Source of the DNA: an uncultured Clostridia bacterium
GTDB taxonomy: Bacteria > Bacillota > Clostridia > Christensenellales > CAG-917
Length of the DNA stretch: 64,000 nt
Direction of reading: 5' to 3'
Assembly (NCBI GenBank): GCA_944349635.1
Contig: CALVNH010000006.1
Coordinates: 2,195 to 66,194 of the forward strand
In this document: piece after piece, positions 48,997 through 60,428 of the stretch
Layout: each line of letters starts with the position of its first letter
Numbering within the stretch: the stretch's first letter is position 1
Notes under the pieces: generated by a model
The model's input: only the letters and a program-made list of their open reading frames with translations
The model's database searches: none
Told to the model about the DNA's origin: nothing
Made by a program: the position numbers and the translations under genes

Positions 48997-49805
48997 AACG
49001 AGTTCGGAGTTTCTCCCCAAAAACCAACCTCATACAGTTCAAGGTGCTGTGCCGCAGATACCTCAAACAGATAGTCACCAATCCGTGGGTCATCGTTCCG
49101 CTGCTCCTCGAAGCTCCCGTCATGCTCATCATCGTGTCGTTTGTCTACGAGGACGGTGCTTTCGAAGTGCCTCCGATGACGTCTGCGGCATCCAACACGA
49201 CGCTCTTCCTGCTCGTTCTGGCGTCCGCGCTTATGGGATTGCTGAACAGTTACCGCGAGATATGCAAGGAGCGCGAAATACTTTCGCGCGAAGTTTTCGG
49301 CGGGCTGGACGTCACGGCGTACGCGCTGTCAAAAATCGCGGTGCTGGCTCTCGTCGGTTTCGTGCAAAGCATCATCATCGTGTTCGGAAGCCTGGTGTTC
49401 ATAGACTTCTGTATGGCGCGCCCCGCGTACTCGCTGTTCTTTTATTTCGTGGCGGTGTTCCTCACCAACTATTCCGTCACGGCGCTGGGACTTTTGGTAT
49501 CGTGTCTGCTCAAAAAGTCCGAAAGCGCCATACTGCCCGTGCTGGTAGTCATCATAGCACAGGTGGTCTTTGCGGGAGCGTTGTTGGAATTTCAGGCGCC
49601 CGTGAAATATTTCTACTACATCACGCCCACAATGTACGGCACGTCCGTGCTCGGCAACGTAATGGACATGAACGCGCTGGTCAGAATGCGCGAAATTTAC
49701 GACTACAACATATATGCGTCGATTGCGCTCATGCTTTTGCTGACGTTCGTGTGCCACGCCCTTACGATAATAAAACTCAAAAGAGATTACCGCACGAAGG
49801 ACTGA
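48993..49805 (+). CDS. ABC-2 type exporter permease
   Basis: 270 aa. ATGA overlap with the ATPase gene, AGGAG RBS and 6 hydrophobic segments. Confidence 0.8.
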   Translation: MKRVRSFSPKTNLIQFKVLCRRYLKQIVTNPWVIVPLLLEAPVMLIIVSFVYEDGAFEVPPMTSAASNTTLFLLVLASALMGLLNSYREICKEREILSREVFGGLDVTAYALSKIAVLALVGFVQSIIIVFGSLVFIDFCMARPAYSLFFYFVAVFLTNYSVTALGLLVSCLLKKSESAILPVLVVIIAQVVFAGALLEFQAPVKYFYYITPTMYGTSVLGNVMDMNALVRMREIYDYNIYASIALMLLLTFVCHALTIIKLKRDYRTKD

Positions 49806-49829
49806 CGTCTTTCACGCGACAGGAGACTT

Positions 49830-50552
49830 ATGCTCGAACTCAAACAAATTTACTATTCCGTTCCGCAGAAAAACTCGGACAAGCGCAAATACATTCTTTC
49901 CGACATCAATCTGCAATTCCCGGACGGCACCACGACGGTCATAACGGGTCACAACGGAAGCGGCAAATCCACTCTCGTCAAGCTGTTGATGGGAATCGAA
50001 AAACCCGAATCCGGCAAGATACTGTTCAACGGTGAGGACGTCACGGACAAGAACGTCACGGAAAGGGCGAAAGAGGGCTTTACGATTGCCTTTCAGCAAC
50101 CCGTGAGATTCAAGGGAATAACGGTCAAGAATCTTATAGATATGGCAAGCAAGAAGAACTGCTGCCCCAAAGACGCCTGCGAATTTCTTTCCGCGGTGGG
50201 ACTGTGCGCCGTGGATTACATCGGCAGACCCGTGGACGACACCCTTTCGGGCGGCGAACTGAAACGTATAGAACTCGCCGTGGCCCTCGCCAAGGGCGGC
50301 TCCGTGTTCCTGCTCGACGAACCGGAAGCGGGCATCGACCTCTGGAGCTTCGACGAACTGGTAAAACTTTTCGACGCTCTCAAAGACAAGACCCTCATCA
50401 TCGTGAGCCACCAGAACAGGATTCTGGAAGCCGCCGACCGCATCATAGTGCTAAACTCTTCCGAAAAACCGCTCTGCGGCACGCGCGACGAAATTCTTCC
50501 GCAAATTTCTTCTGGCGAGGGCTATTGCTGCAAAATCAGAAACAATAATTGA
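49830..50552 (+). CDS. SufC-like Fe-S cluster assembly ATPase
   Basis: 240 aa with AGGAG upstream, only 24 nt after the permease stop. Walker A is GHNGSGKST. SufC-like blocks are TERAKEGFTIAFQQP, LSGGELKRIELAVAL, LLDEPEAGID and IIVSHQNRIL. Confidence 0.78.
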   Translation: MLELKQIYYSVPQKNSDKRKYILSDINLQFPDGTTTVITGHNGSGKSTLVKLLMGIEKPESGKILFNGEDVTDKNVTERAKEGFTIAFQQPVRFKGITVKNLIDMASKKNCCPKDACEFLSAVGLCAVDYIGRPVDDTLSGGELKRIELAVALAKGGSVFLLDEPEAGIDLWSFDELVKLFDALKDKTLIIVSHQNRILEAADRIIVLNSSEKPLCGTRDEILPQISSGEGYCCKIRNNN

Positions 50553-50591
50553 ACGACTCCGCGCGACAAGGCGCGACAACTCAGGATATAT

Positions 50592-51509
50592 ATGGACAAA
50601 ACAGACATCGAACTTCTGGAAAAAATAGCAGGACTGCACTCCATACCCGAAGGCAGTTTCAACATACGCAAAAACGGCGAGAGGCTCGCGGGCAATTCCA
50701 CTTCCGAAATCGAAATCGTGCCCAAAACCGACAAGAGCGGCATCGACGTCATAGTCAAGGCGGGAGTCGTGAACAAGAGCGTGCACATTCCCGTCATTCT
50801 TACGGCAGGCAACTTCCACGACACCGCCTACAACGACTTTTACATAGGCGAAGGCGCGGACGTCACCATCGTGGCGGGTTGCGGCATTCACAACCCCGCA
50901 AAAGGCACCGCGGAACACGACGGCATTCACACTTTCCACCTCTCCAAAAACTCTCGCGTGAAGTATGTCGAACGTCACTATGCCCGCGGCAACGGAGAAA
51001 GCCGTCAGGTGTTCGACCCCGTGACTACGGTCTATCTGGACGAAGGCGCCTATCTCGAGATGGACACCACACAGATGGGCGGCGTGACCTATACGGAGCG
51101 CAAGACATACGCGGAAGTGGGAAACGGAGCAAAACTCATCGTCAAAGAAAAACTCTTTACGGAAAACGAGGAGAAAGCCATCTCCGATTTTTGCGTGGTG
51201 CTCAAAGGCAAAAACAGTTCCGCGGACATCGTCAGCCGCAGCGTCGCCCGCGACAAATCCGTGCAGGAGTTCCGCTCCGATATGCGCGGGGAAAACGAAT
51301 GCTTCGGACACGTCGAATGCGACGGAATACTGCTGGACGGAGCACGCATTATTTCCACGCCAAAAATCGACGCGGCTAGTCCCGACGCCAGTCTGGTGCA
51401 CGAAGCCGCCGTCGGAAAAATAGCGGGCGAACAGCTCGTCAAGCTCATGAGTCTGGGACTCACGGAAACGGAAGCGGAAGAAGCCGTCATCAAAGGGTTC
51501 CTCAACTGA
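50592..51509 (+). CDS. short SufB/SufD-family Fe-S scaffold-like protein
   Basis: 305 aa. It has beta-helix-like SufBD core repeats and the family C-terminus LVHEAAVGKIAGEQLVKLMSLGLTETEAEEAVIKGFL. Confidence 0.78.
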   Translation: MDKTDIELLEKIAGLHSIPEGSFNIRKNGERLAGNSTSEIEIVPKTDKSGIDVIVKAGVVNKSVHIPVILTAGNFHDTAYNDFYIGEGADVTIVAGCGIHNPAKGTAEHDGIHTFHLSKNSRVKYVERHYARGNGESRQVFDPVTTVYLDEGAYLEMDTTQMGGVTYTERKTYAEVGNGAKLIVKEKLFTENEEKAISDFCVVLKGKNSSADIVSRSVARDKSVQEFRSDMRGENECFGHVECDGILLDGARIISTPKIDAASPDASLVHEAAVGKIAGEQLVKLMSLGLTETEAEEAVIKGFLN

Positions 51510-51732
51510 ACCGACGGCGTTTCCGCATTGAGCATTCGACGTTTTCCGTCGTTGGCTTCTGCGCAAACAAACGACTTCGGAACCCGCTTGTCTGCCGACG
51601 GTTTCACGCCCTCGCAAGCACCCCTCGGACAAGCACACGTCAAACAAGTTCAGATAATGCGGTTTTTTGCCTAACCCGTGCTTGCGGCAAGCGGCAACAG
51701 ACGTCTGAAATTTCACACAAAAAACATAAAAC

Positions 51733-51775
51733 GCGGGTTAAACCTGAAAATCAATAGGTTAAACCCGCATTTTTG
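51733..51775. terminator. bidirectional intrinsic terminator
   Basis: GCGGGTTAAACC-12 nt loop-GGTTAAACCCGC (11 of 12 pairs) followed by aTTTTT. It lies between convergent genes. Confidence 0.78.
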
Positions 51776-51836
51776 TAACTGATTTGTTTTTTTACCTTTT
51801 GTTTCGGACAGCGTGCCGCGCCCGAAACGTGACGTT

Positions 51837-53108
51837 TCATCGAACGATTATGCTCTCTCTTTCCGCACCGACGGAAACGTATTTCACATAGACGCCGACG
51901 GCTTTTTCGATGTACTCCACATAGGCTTGCGCTTCCGCGGGAAGTTCTTCGAATTTGCGGCAGGCGCAGGTTGACTTCTTCCACCCTTTGAACTTGACGA
52001 CGTGAGGCTTGGCTCTGTTCAACCTTTCGCCCATGGGAAATTCCGTGACGGTTTCGCCGTCGATTTCGTAGCTGTCGACCACGGTGATTTCGTCCAGCCC
52101 GTCGAGAATGTCAAGTTTCGTCAGCGCGATTTCGTCCGCCGCCTGGACGCGACAGCCGTATTTCGACGCCACGACGTCGAACCCCCCGACTCTGCGGGGT
52201 CTGCCCGTCGCCGCACCGTATTCGCCGCCCGCTTCGCGCAGTTCGTGCGCTTCCTGCCCGAACATCTCCGCGGTGAAAGGTCCTTCGCCGACGCAGGTGG
52301 AATAGGCTTTCATTATGCCCACGGTTTTGTCGATTTTGAGATTGGGCACGCCCGCACCCACGGGTGCGTAAGCCGACACCGTATTTGACGACGACGTGTA
52401 GGGATAAATGCCGAAATCTATGTCACGCAACGCGCCCAGCTGCGCCTCGAACATTATGCGTTTGCCCTGCTCTGCGGCTTCTGTGAGGTAGGCGCCCGTG
52501 TCGCAGACGTAAGGCTTGAACTGCGCTCCGTATTTTTCCAGCCACTCCAACATGCTCTCGACGGTGTATTCGTTGCCGGCGCCGTATGCGGAAAGACAGA
52601 GATTTTTCCAGTCAAGCACGGTTTCCAGCCTGGCGCGGAGATATTCGGGTTGCAGAAGGTCGCCCATTCTGACGGCTTTCTTCATGTACTTGTCGGCGTA
52701 AATCGGGGCAATGCCGCGGCGTGTGGAACCGAACCTCTTGTCGCCGAGTCTGTCCTCTTCCAGACAGTCCTGCTTCACGTTGTAGGGGAAGCAAATCACC
52801 GCCCTGTCGCTGATTTTCAGATTGTCGGGCGAAATGGCGACGCCGGCTTCACGCAAGCGCGCCGTCTCTTTTGCGAGGTGCTCGACGTCCACCACCATTC
52901 CGTTTCCCATCACGTTGACCTTGTCGGGGCGCAGAATGCCGGAAGGGAGAAGATTGAGCACGAATTTACCCCTCTCGTTGATGACGGTGTGACCCGCATT
53001 GTTGCCGCCCTGATAGCGGACGATTATGTCCTGTTCTTCGGAAAGCAAATCGACCATACGGCCTTTGCCTTCGTCGCCCCAGTTGATTCCGACGATTGCA
53101 GTAAGCAT
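51837..53108 (-). CDS. purA: adenylosuccinate synthetase
   Basis: ORF 51837-53300, start moved to ATG 53108 (AAGGAGAA RBS). The N-terminus is MLTAIVGINWGDEGKGRMVDLL (P-loop). 423 aa. Confidence 0.93.
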   Translation of the reverse strand: MLTAIVGINWGDEGKGRMVDLLSEEQDIIVRYQGGNNAGHTVINERGKFVLNLLPSGILRPDKVNVMGNGMVVDVEHLAKETARLREAGVAISPDNLKISDRAVICFPYNVKQDCLEEDRLGDKRFGSTRRGIAPIYADKYMKKAVRMGDLLQPEYLRARLETVLDWKNLCLSAYGAGNEYTVESMLEWLEKYGAQFKPYVCDTGAYLTEAAEQGKRIMFEAQLGALRDIDFGIYPYTSSSNTVSAYAPVGAGVPNLKIDKTVGIMKAYSTCVGEGPFTAEMFGQEAHELREAGGEYGAATGRPRRVGGFDVVASKYGCRVQAADEIALTKLDILDGLDEITVVDSYEIDGETVTEFPMGERLNRAKPHVVKFKGWKKSTCACRKFEELPAEAQAYVEYIEKAVGVYVKYVSVGAERESIIVR

Positions 53109-53199
53109 GTTTTCTCCTTGAAACGTCCCCCCGCGGGGACTTGCGGAATGCGATAACCGCACGCCGACGGCGTGCGCTGCCGCACGGACGGGAAACCCG

Positions 53200-54630
53200 T
53201 CAGACTGTGATTTTTGCGGAAGTTGAAGCGTCGGCTCCGTTTGCTTCCAGCAACGGCCACACCACTTCGGAAAGATATTCTTCGGTCTGCTCTTTTGCAC
53301 AACCGACGAACTGACGTACGTCCATAATCGAATCCAGTTCCGCGCGCGTCAGACCGAAAACGGAATCCGCCAGAATCCTGTCCAGCAAATCGTTCTCGCC
53401 GCCCTGCTCCTTGACAACGGTTGCAGCGGCAACGGAATGCTTCCTGATGGCTTCGTGCAGTTCCTGTCTGTCGCCGCCCTTCTCCTTGACGCAGTACATC
53501 AGAATGTTTTCCGTCGCCATAAAGGGAAGTTCGCGGTTGAGGTTGCGTTCGATAATCTTCGGATAGACTTTGAGTCCGCCGATTACGTTGATGTAAAGCG
53601 ACAGCACGGCATCCGTCGCGAGGAAGGCTTCCGGCACGGAAATGCGTTTGTTTGCGCTGTCGTCGAGGGTTCGTTCAAACCACTGCGTGGCCGCCGTGAC
53701 GGCGGGATTGAGGCTGTCGCAGATGACGTATCTCGACAGCGACGCCATACGCTCGCTGCGCATCGGATTGCGCTTGTATGCCATAGCGGAAGAACCTATC
53801 TGTTTGCTTTCGAAAGGCTCTTCAACCTCTTTGAGGTTGGAAAGCAGGCGTATGTCGTTGGAAAATTTCGTCGCGCTCTGCGCTATGCCGCAAAGCACGG
53901 TCAGAACGTTATAGTCCACCTTGCGGGAATAAGTCTGTCCGCTCACGGGTACGGTTGCGGCAAAGCCCGTCTTTTCGGCAATGAGCTTGTCCAGCTTTTT
54001 TACCTTCTCGCGGTCGCCGCCGAAGAGTTCCAGAAAACTGGCGGCAGTACCCGTTGTTCCCTTGCATCCCAGCAGTTTAAGCGAAGAGAGCTGAAACTCC
54101 AAGGCCTCGAAATCAAGCATCAAATCGTTGAGCCAGAGAGTGGCGCGTTTGCCCACCGTGGTAGGTTGCGCAGGCTGATAATGCGTGTATGCAAGCGTCG
54201 CCGTGTCCTTGTATTTCTCCGCAAAATCCGCAACTCCCTTTATCGTGGCAAGCAGAAGGGAGCGAATCTGTTTGAGCGCCAGGCTCATGAGAATAATGTC
54301 CGTATTGTCGCCGACGTAGCAGGAAGTGGCTCCGAGGTGAATTATCGGTTTGGCTTTCGGACATGCCTTGCCAAACGTCAGGACGTGCGCCATAACGTCG
54401 TGACGAACCTCTTTTTCGCGCTCACGGGCATAGTCGTAATCGATGTCGTCGACGTGGGCTTTCATCTCTTCGATTTGTTCGTCGGTGATGGCGATTCCCA
54501 GTTCCTTTTCGGCTTCCGCAAGAGCAATCCAAAGCCTGCGCCAGGTGCGGAACTTGTAATCGGGCGAAAAAATGTGCTTCATCGTGTCGCTGGAATATCT
54601 CTCGCAAAGAGGAGAAACGTAAGTGTCCAT
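53200..54630 (-). CDS. purB: adenylosuccinate lyase
   Basis: ORF 53200-54744, start moved to ATG 54630 (GGAGGG RBS). It has the fumarate-lyase-family signature SSAMAYKRNPMRSE. 476 aa. Confidence 0.93.
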   Translation of the reverse strand: MDTYVSPLCERYSSDTMKHIFSPDYKFRTWRRLWIALAEAEKELGIAITDEQIEEMKAHVDDIDYDYAREREKEVRHDVMAHVLTFGKACPKAKPIIHLGATSCYVGDNTDIILMSLALKQIRSLLLATIKGVADFAEKYKDTATLAYTHYQPAQPTTVGKRATLWLNDLMLDFEALEFQLSSLKLLGCKGTTGTAASFLELFGGDREKVKKLDKLIAEKTGFAATVPVSGQTYSRKVDYNVLTVLCGIAQSATKFSNDIRLLSNLKEVEEPFESKQIGSSAMAYKRNPMRSERMASLSRYVICDSLNPAVTAATQWFERTLDDSANKRISVPEAFLATDAVLSLYINVIGGLKVYPKIIERNLNRELPFMATENILMYCVKEKGGDRQELHEAIRKHSVAAATVVKEQGGENDLLDRILADSVFGLTRAELDSIMDVRQFVGCAKEQTEEYLSEVVWPLLEANGADASTSAKITV

Positions 54631-54720
54631 AAACCCTCCGAACTTCCGCCGCCGCATGCGCGCCGCCGCGCGGAAAACAGTGCTTTCAACACGAAAAAAT
54701 ATACCAAATTCCGCGCACGG

Positions 54721-54737
54721 TGTCAAATAGACTTGCA
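54721..54737 (+). promoter_or_regulatory. possible GlnR/TnrA-type box overlapping the glnN -35
   Basis: TGTCA-aatagac-TTGCA versus the consensus TGTNA-N7-TNACA (one mismatch). It overlaps the -35 hexamer TTGCAT. Confidence 0.3.
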
Positions 54738-54761
54738 TTGTCACCTCAAAATAATTATAAT
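54733..54761 (+). promoter_or_regulatory. sigma-70-type promoter of glnN
   Basis: TTGCAT-17 nt-TATAAT, 73 nt upstream of ATG 54835. Confidence 0.55.
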
Positions 54762-54834
54762 GGTTTCAATCTCGGGGTTCCTTCGGGTTTTTCGGCGCGG
54801 GCCGGCAACGCCTTCCGCCCGCAAAGGAGTTTTT

Positions 54835-56919
<2,085 letters not shown>

Positions 56920-56943
56920 TTCCGCACGGACTTTCAATCATAG

Positions 56944-56971
56944 AAATCCCGCCCTTTACAGGCGGGATTTT
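56944..56971 (+). terminator. glnN intrinsic terminator
   Basis: AAATCCCGCC-7 nt loop-GGCGGGATTT (10 bp), running into a T tract. Confidence 0.85.
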
Positions 56972-57270
56972 CCATAGGAAAAACATTCCCGCATGCGGAT
57001 TCCGTTCCGACGGGAACACACCGCCGCACCCCATGCAACGACGCCGCCCAGACAGTTTGACCGCCCCGCCGAAGCCCCGTATCGCAGTCCTGCAAGGCAA
57101 GTCCGCAGAAAGAAACGCCGCGCTCCGCTGTCGCGCTCATCAACCCGCGAACATGGACGTGAATATCGGACGATTGGCTATTGACATTCTCTTTCGCGCG
57201 CGATAAACTTATATCAAGAAAGACCGTCGGGACGTTTACACCGACAAATCATACGTTTAACGTGCCGTTT

Positions 57271-57867
57271 ATGTTTGTCAGAGCATTTCTTCCGAAAGAC
57301 AGGGAGCGCGTCAGGGAAATCTGTCTGATGACCTCTCCCTACAAGAAGCACCCCACAGAACGCAACAAGAATGCGGTGTGTGCCCTTTACAACGATTATT
57401 ACACGGAATGCGAGCCCGACAACTGTTTCGTCGCCGTTGACGACGCCGACACACCCGTCGGATACATCGTATGCAGCACCTCCCCCGACGACTATCTCAT
57501 GGCTATGAAAAACCGCTATGTCCTGATTGCTCAGAACAACAGAATAGCGGCGTCCGTCGAACAGGCGTTTACGGAATTTCTGCTCAAAAAATACCGCGCG
57601 CAGGGTTATACGGCGCATCTTCACATCAATCTCGCCGACGAAGGCAGGCACCAGGGGCTGGGCACCAGGCTCATGGCGGCACTCGTCAGACGGTTGCAAT
57701 CAAAGAACGTCAAGGGCGTGATGCTCATCTGCTCATCAAAAAACGTCAATGCGTGCAGGTTTTACGAAAGGTGCGGCTTCAAACTGTTGAAAAAATTCTT
57801 CTGCTCCTGCGTTTACGGCGCGTCTCCCGACGAAATAGCGGCCAACGTCGCAAAAAATTCCCGCTGA
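57271..57867 (+). CDS. GNAT-family N-acetyltransferase
   Basis: ORF 57181-57867, start moved to ATG 57271. The acetyl-CoA motif is RHQGLGTRLMAAL and the C-terminal block is RFYERCGFK. A TTGACA-17-TAAACT promoter lies at 57181-57209. Confidence 0.8.
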   Translation: MFVRAFLPKDRERVREICLMTSPYKKHPTERNKNAVCALYNDYYTECEPDNCFVAVDDADTPVGYIVCSTSPDDYLMAMKNRYVLIAQNNRIAASVEQAFTEFLLKKYRAQGYTAHLHINLADEGRHQGLGTRLMAALVRRLQSKNVKGVMLICSSKNVNACRFYERCGFKLLKKFFCSCVYGASPDEIAANVAKNSR

Positions 57868-57877
57868 TTCCTCACTC

Positions 57878-58363
57878 ATGGAAAAGACAAACGTAATGCG
57901 CGTACTCGACCGTTGCAAAGTACGCTACGAAAGCCATTGCTATCTTTCGGGGGAAGACTTCTCCCCCGAAAACGCTCCGAGCGGAGTGGAAGTCGCCGCC
58001 GTCCTCGGCATCGACGTCGCCCGCGTTTTCAAGACGCTGGTCACCGTGGGCAAAAGCCTGAACCATTACGTTTTCGTCATTCCCGTGGCAAGCGAACTTG
58101 ATTTGAAAAAAGCAGCTTCCGCCGTCGGCGAAAAATCCGTGGAAATGCTCAAATTCGGCAATCTCCTTTCCGTCACGGGGTACGTTCACGGCGGCTGTTC
58201 CCCGATAGGAATGAAAAAGGCTTTCACCACCGTCTTCGACGTTTCCGCAAAGGAGTTGCCGACCGTGGTGTTCAGCGCGGGGAAAATCGGCTATCAGGTG
58301 GAGCTTGCGCCTGCCGACCTCGCCCGCGCGCTGAAATTCTCTTACGCCGACCTCACCAGATAG
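57878..58363 (+). CDS. ybaK: Cys-tRNA(Pro)/Cys-tRNA(Cys) deacylase YbaK
   Basis: 161 aa. It has the YbaK/EbsC pattern MRVLD..., KTLV..., GYVHGGCSPIGMKK. Confidence 0.85.
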   Translation: MEKTNVMRVLDRCKVRYESHCYLSGEDFSPENAPSGVEVAAVLGIDVARVFKTLVTVGKSLNHYVFVIPVASELDLKKAASAVGEKSVEMLKFGNLLSVTGYVHGGCSPIGMKKAFTTVFDVSAKELPTVVFSAGKIGYQVELAPADLARALKFSYADLTR

Positions 58364-58724
58364 CAAAGTTTCGCTTGTCCGAATTTGCCTCCGCTTCGTT
58401 TTCCGTGCACGCCAGCTCCGCGTCTTGTCTGCCTTTCCGCCCGCTCCTGCGTTCCGCCACGTTTGCCTTCCTTTTCTCACCCGCGCTTCGGAAATCGGTT
58501 GTGTTTGTTTTTGCGTTTTCGTTGCCCGGGTGACGGCGTGGAAACCTCATTTCGGACAAGATTTTAAGTTAATAATACAGCTGTTGATTTTTTAACAAAT
58601 ATGTGTTAATATAATGTGTGCTTTATGAATTTCGGATTGACGTCTGCCATTCCGCCGCCTCTTTGCGGACGGTCGGATTCAGCGGATTACGGCCGCAAAC
58701 AGGTGCGGCAAAGGAGGTTCGATT

Positions 58725-60110
58725 ATGAAAGAATTCGAAAAGGTCGTGTCCCATTACGCTCCCTGGATGGACAAAATGAGCGAGGTATGCGTCAACTGCA
58801 ACACAATTGACCCCTCTCTCTACACCAAGTACGACGTCAAGCGCGGTTTGCGTGACATCAACGGCACGGGCGTGGTTGCGGGGCTCACGGAAATCAGCGA
58901 AATCAACTCCCACAAAATCGACGAAAACGGAAACCGCGTGGAATGCGGAGGCGAACTCTACTACCGCGGAATCCCCATTCGCGACCTGGTCAACGGGTTT
59001 ACCTCCGAAAACAGATTCGGGTTCGAAGAAACGGCATATCTGCTCTTCTTCGGCAGATTGCCCGACAAGCGGGAACTCGCAAACTTCTGCAAACTGCTTG
59101 CCGATTACAGACGTCTTCCCGACAGTTTCGTGCGCGACATCATAATGAAAGCGCCCTCCACGGACATGATGAACGTCATTGCGCGCAGCGTGCTCACTCT
59201 TTACAGCTACGACAAGAACCCCGACGACACATCAATCGCCAACGTCCTGCGTCAAAGCATACAGTTGCTCGCGCAGTTCCCTTTGCTCTCCTCCTACGGC
59301 TACCAGGTTTACGCGCACTACCATTCGGACAGCAGCCTGATAATTCACAAGCCGAAGCCGGAACTCAGCACCGCAGAGAACTTCCTCCGCCTCGTGCGTG
59401 CCAACAAACGCTACACGGAACTCGAAGCAAAAACGCTGGATATGTGCCTCGTGCTCCACGCGGAACACGGCGGCGGCAACAACTCCACTTTCACGAATCA
59501 CGTCGTCACAAGTTCGGGCACGGATACGTACTCTGCGGTAGCCGCTTCTCTCGGTTCTCTTAAAGGACCCAAACACGGCGGCGCGAACATCAAGGTTTCC
59601 AAAATGTTCGACGACCTCAAAGCCACAACTCCCTGCACGGACGACGCCATAAGGGATTACGTCGTGCGTCTGCTCGACAAACAGGCTTTCGACAGGGCCG
59701 GCCTCGTGTACGGAATAGGTCACGCCGTCTACTCTCTCAGCGACCCGAGAGCGGACATTCTGCACGAGTACGCCAAAAATCTGGCGGAAGCCAAAGGGCT
59801 GGAAGACGACTACAAGTACTACGAAAAAATGGCACGAATCGCTCCCGAAGTCATTGCGGAAAAGCGCAAGATGTACAAGGGCGTCAGCCCCAACGTGGAC
59901 TTCTATTCCGGGCTCATCTACACCATGCTCAAAATTCCCACCGAGCTCTACACGCCTCTCTTCTCCGTGGCACGAATCGCGGGCTGGGGTGCACACCGCA
60001 TAGAGGAACTGACGAACAACGGGAAAATCATTCGTCCGGGCTACACCGCCGTCGCACCGCGACAGGACTATGTGCCTCTCAAAGACAGAAAACAGACGCC
60101 TGCAAAATAA
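58725..60110 (+). CDS. gltA: citrate synthase
   Basis: 461 aa with AAGGAGG RBS. Catalytic blocks are LVLHAEHGGGNNSTF, GSLKGPKHGGAN, GIGHAVY and NVDFYSG. Confidence 0.9.
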   Translation: MKEFEKVVSHYAPWMDKMSEVCVNCNTIDPSLYTKYDVKRGLRDINGTGVVAGLTEISEINSHKIDENGNRVECGGELYYRGIPIRDLVNGFTSENRFGFEETAYLLFFGRLPDKRELANFCKLLADYRRLPDSFVRDIIMKAPSTDMMNVIARSVLTLYSYDKNPDDTSIANVLRQSIQLLAQFPLLSSYGYQVYAHYHSDSSLIIHKPKPELSTAENFLRLVRANKRYTELEAKTLDMCLVLHAEHGGGNNSTFTNHVVTSSGTDTYSAVAASLGSLKGPKHGGANIKVSKMFDDLKATTPCTDDAIRDYVVRLLDKQAFDRAGLVYGIGHAVYSLSDPRADILHEYAKNLAEAKGLEDDYKYYEKMARIAPEVIAEKRKMYKGVSPNVDFYSGLIYTMLKIPTELYTPLFSVARIAGWGAHRIEELTNNGKIIRPGYTAVAPRQDYVPLKDRKQTPAK

Positions 60111-60161
60111 CGCAAACGCGCATGACGCGGGACTAAACTCAAATTCAGGTTCATTCAAATC

Positions 60162-60199
60162 AAAAAAATCCCCGTTCGAAAACGGGGATTTTTTGTTTT
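60162..60199. terminator. bidirectional intrinsic terminator
   Basis: AAAAAA-AATCCCCGTT-cgaa-AACGGGGATT-TTTTGTTTT (10-bp stem). Confidence 0.88.
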
Positions 60200-60428
60200 C
60201 GGTACAAATCCTGCGATTGATTTCGCCTGCCACGGACACTTCCGCAAAGAACGCGATTTCGCAAGACGGAATCCGACCGGTTGCCCCGCCGGGACAAATC
60301 CCCGGATTCGCCGTCGCCTTGGTAAACAACTCCCGCAAAATACTCCGCGAAAAATTTTTTTGAAAAAGCTTCTCGTTTTCCCGCGCGCTTTCCGCGCCTT
60401 CGTAAAACGCAACGGCGAAAAAAAGCAA

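Noticed and set aside
53437-54834. 466-codon N-terminal extension of the glnN ORF (the 1160-aa ORF in the track).
   Set aside because: The extension is the open antisense frame of purB. The GS-III homology and a good AAGGAG RBS begin at ATG 54835.
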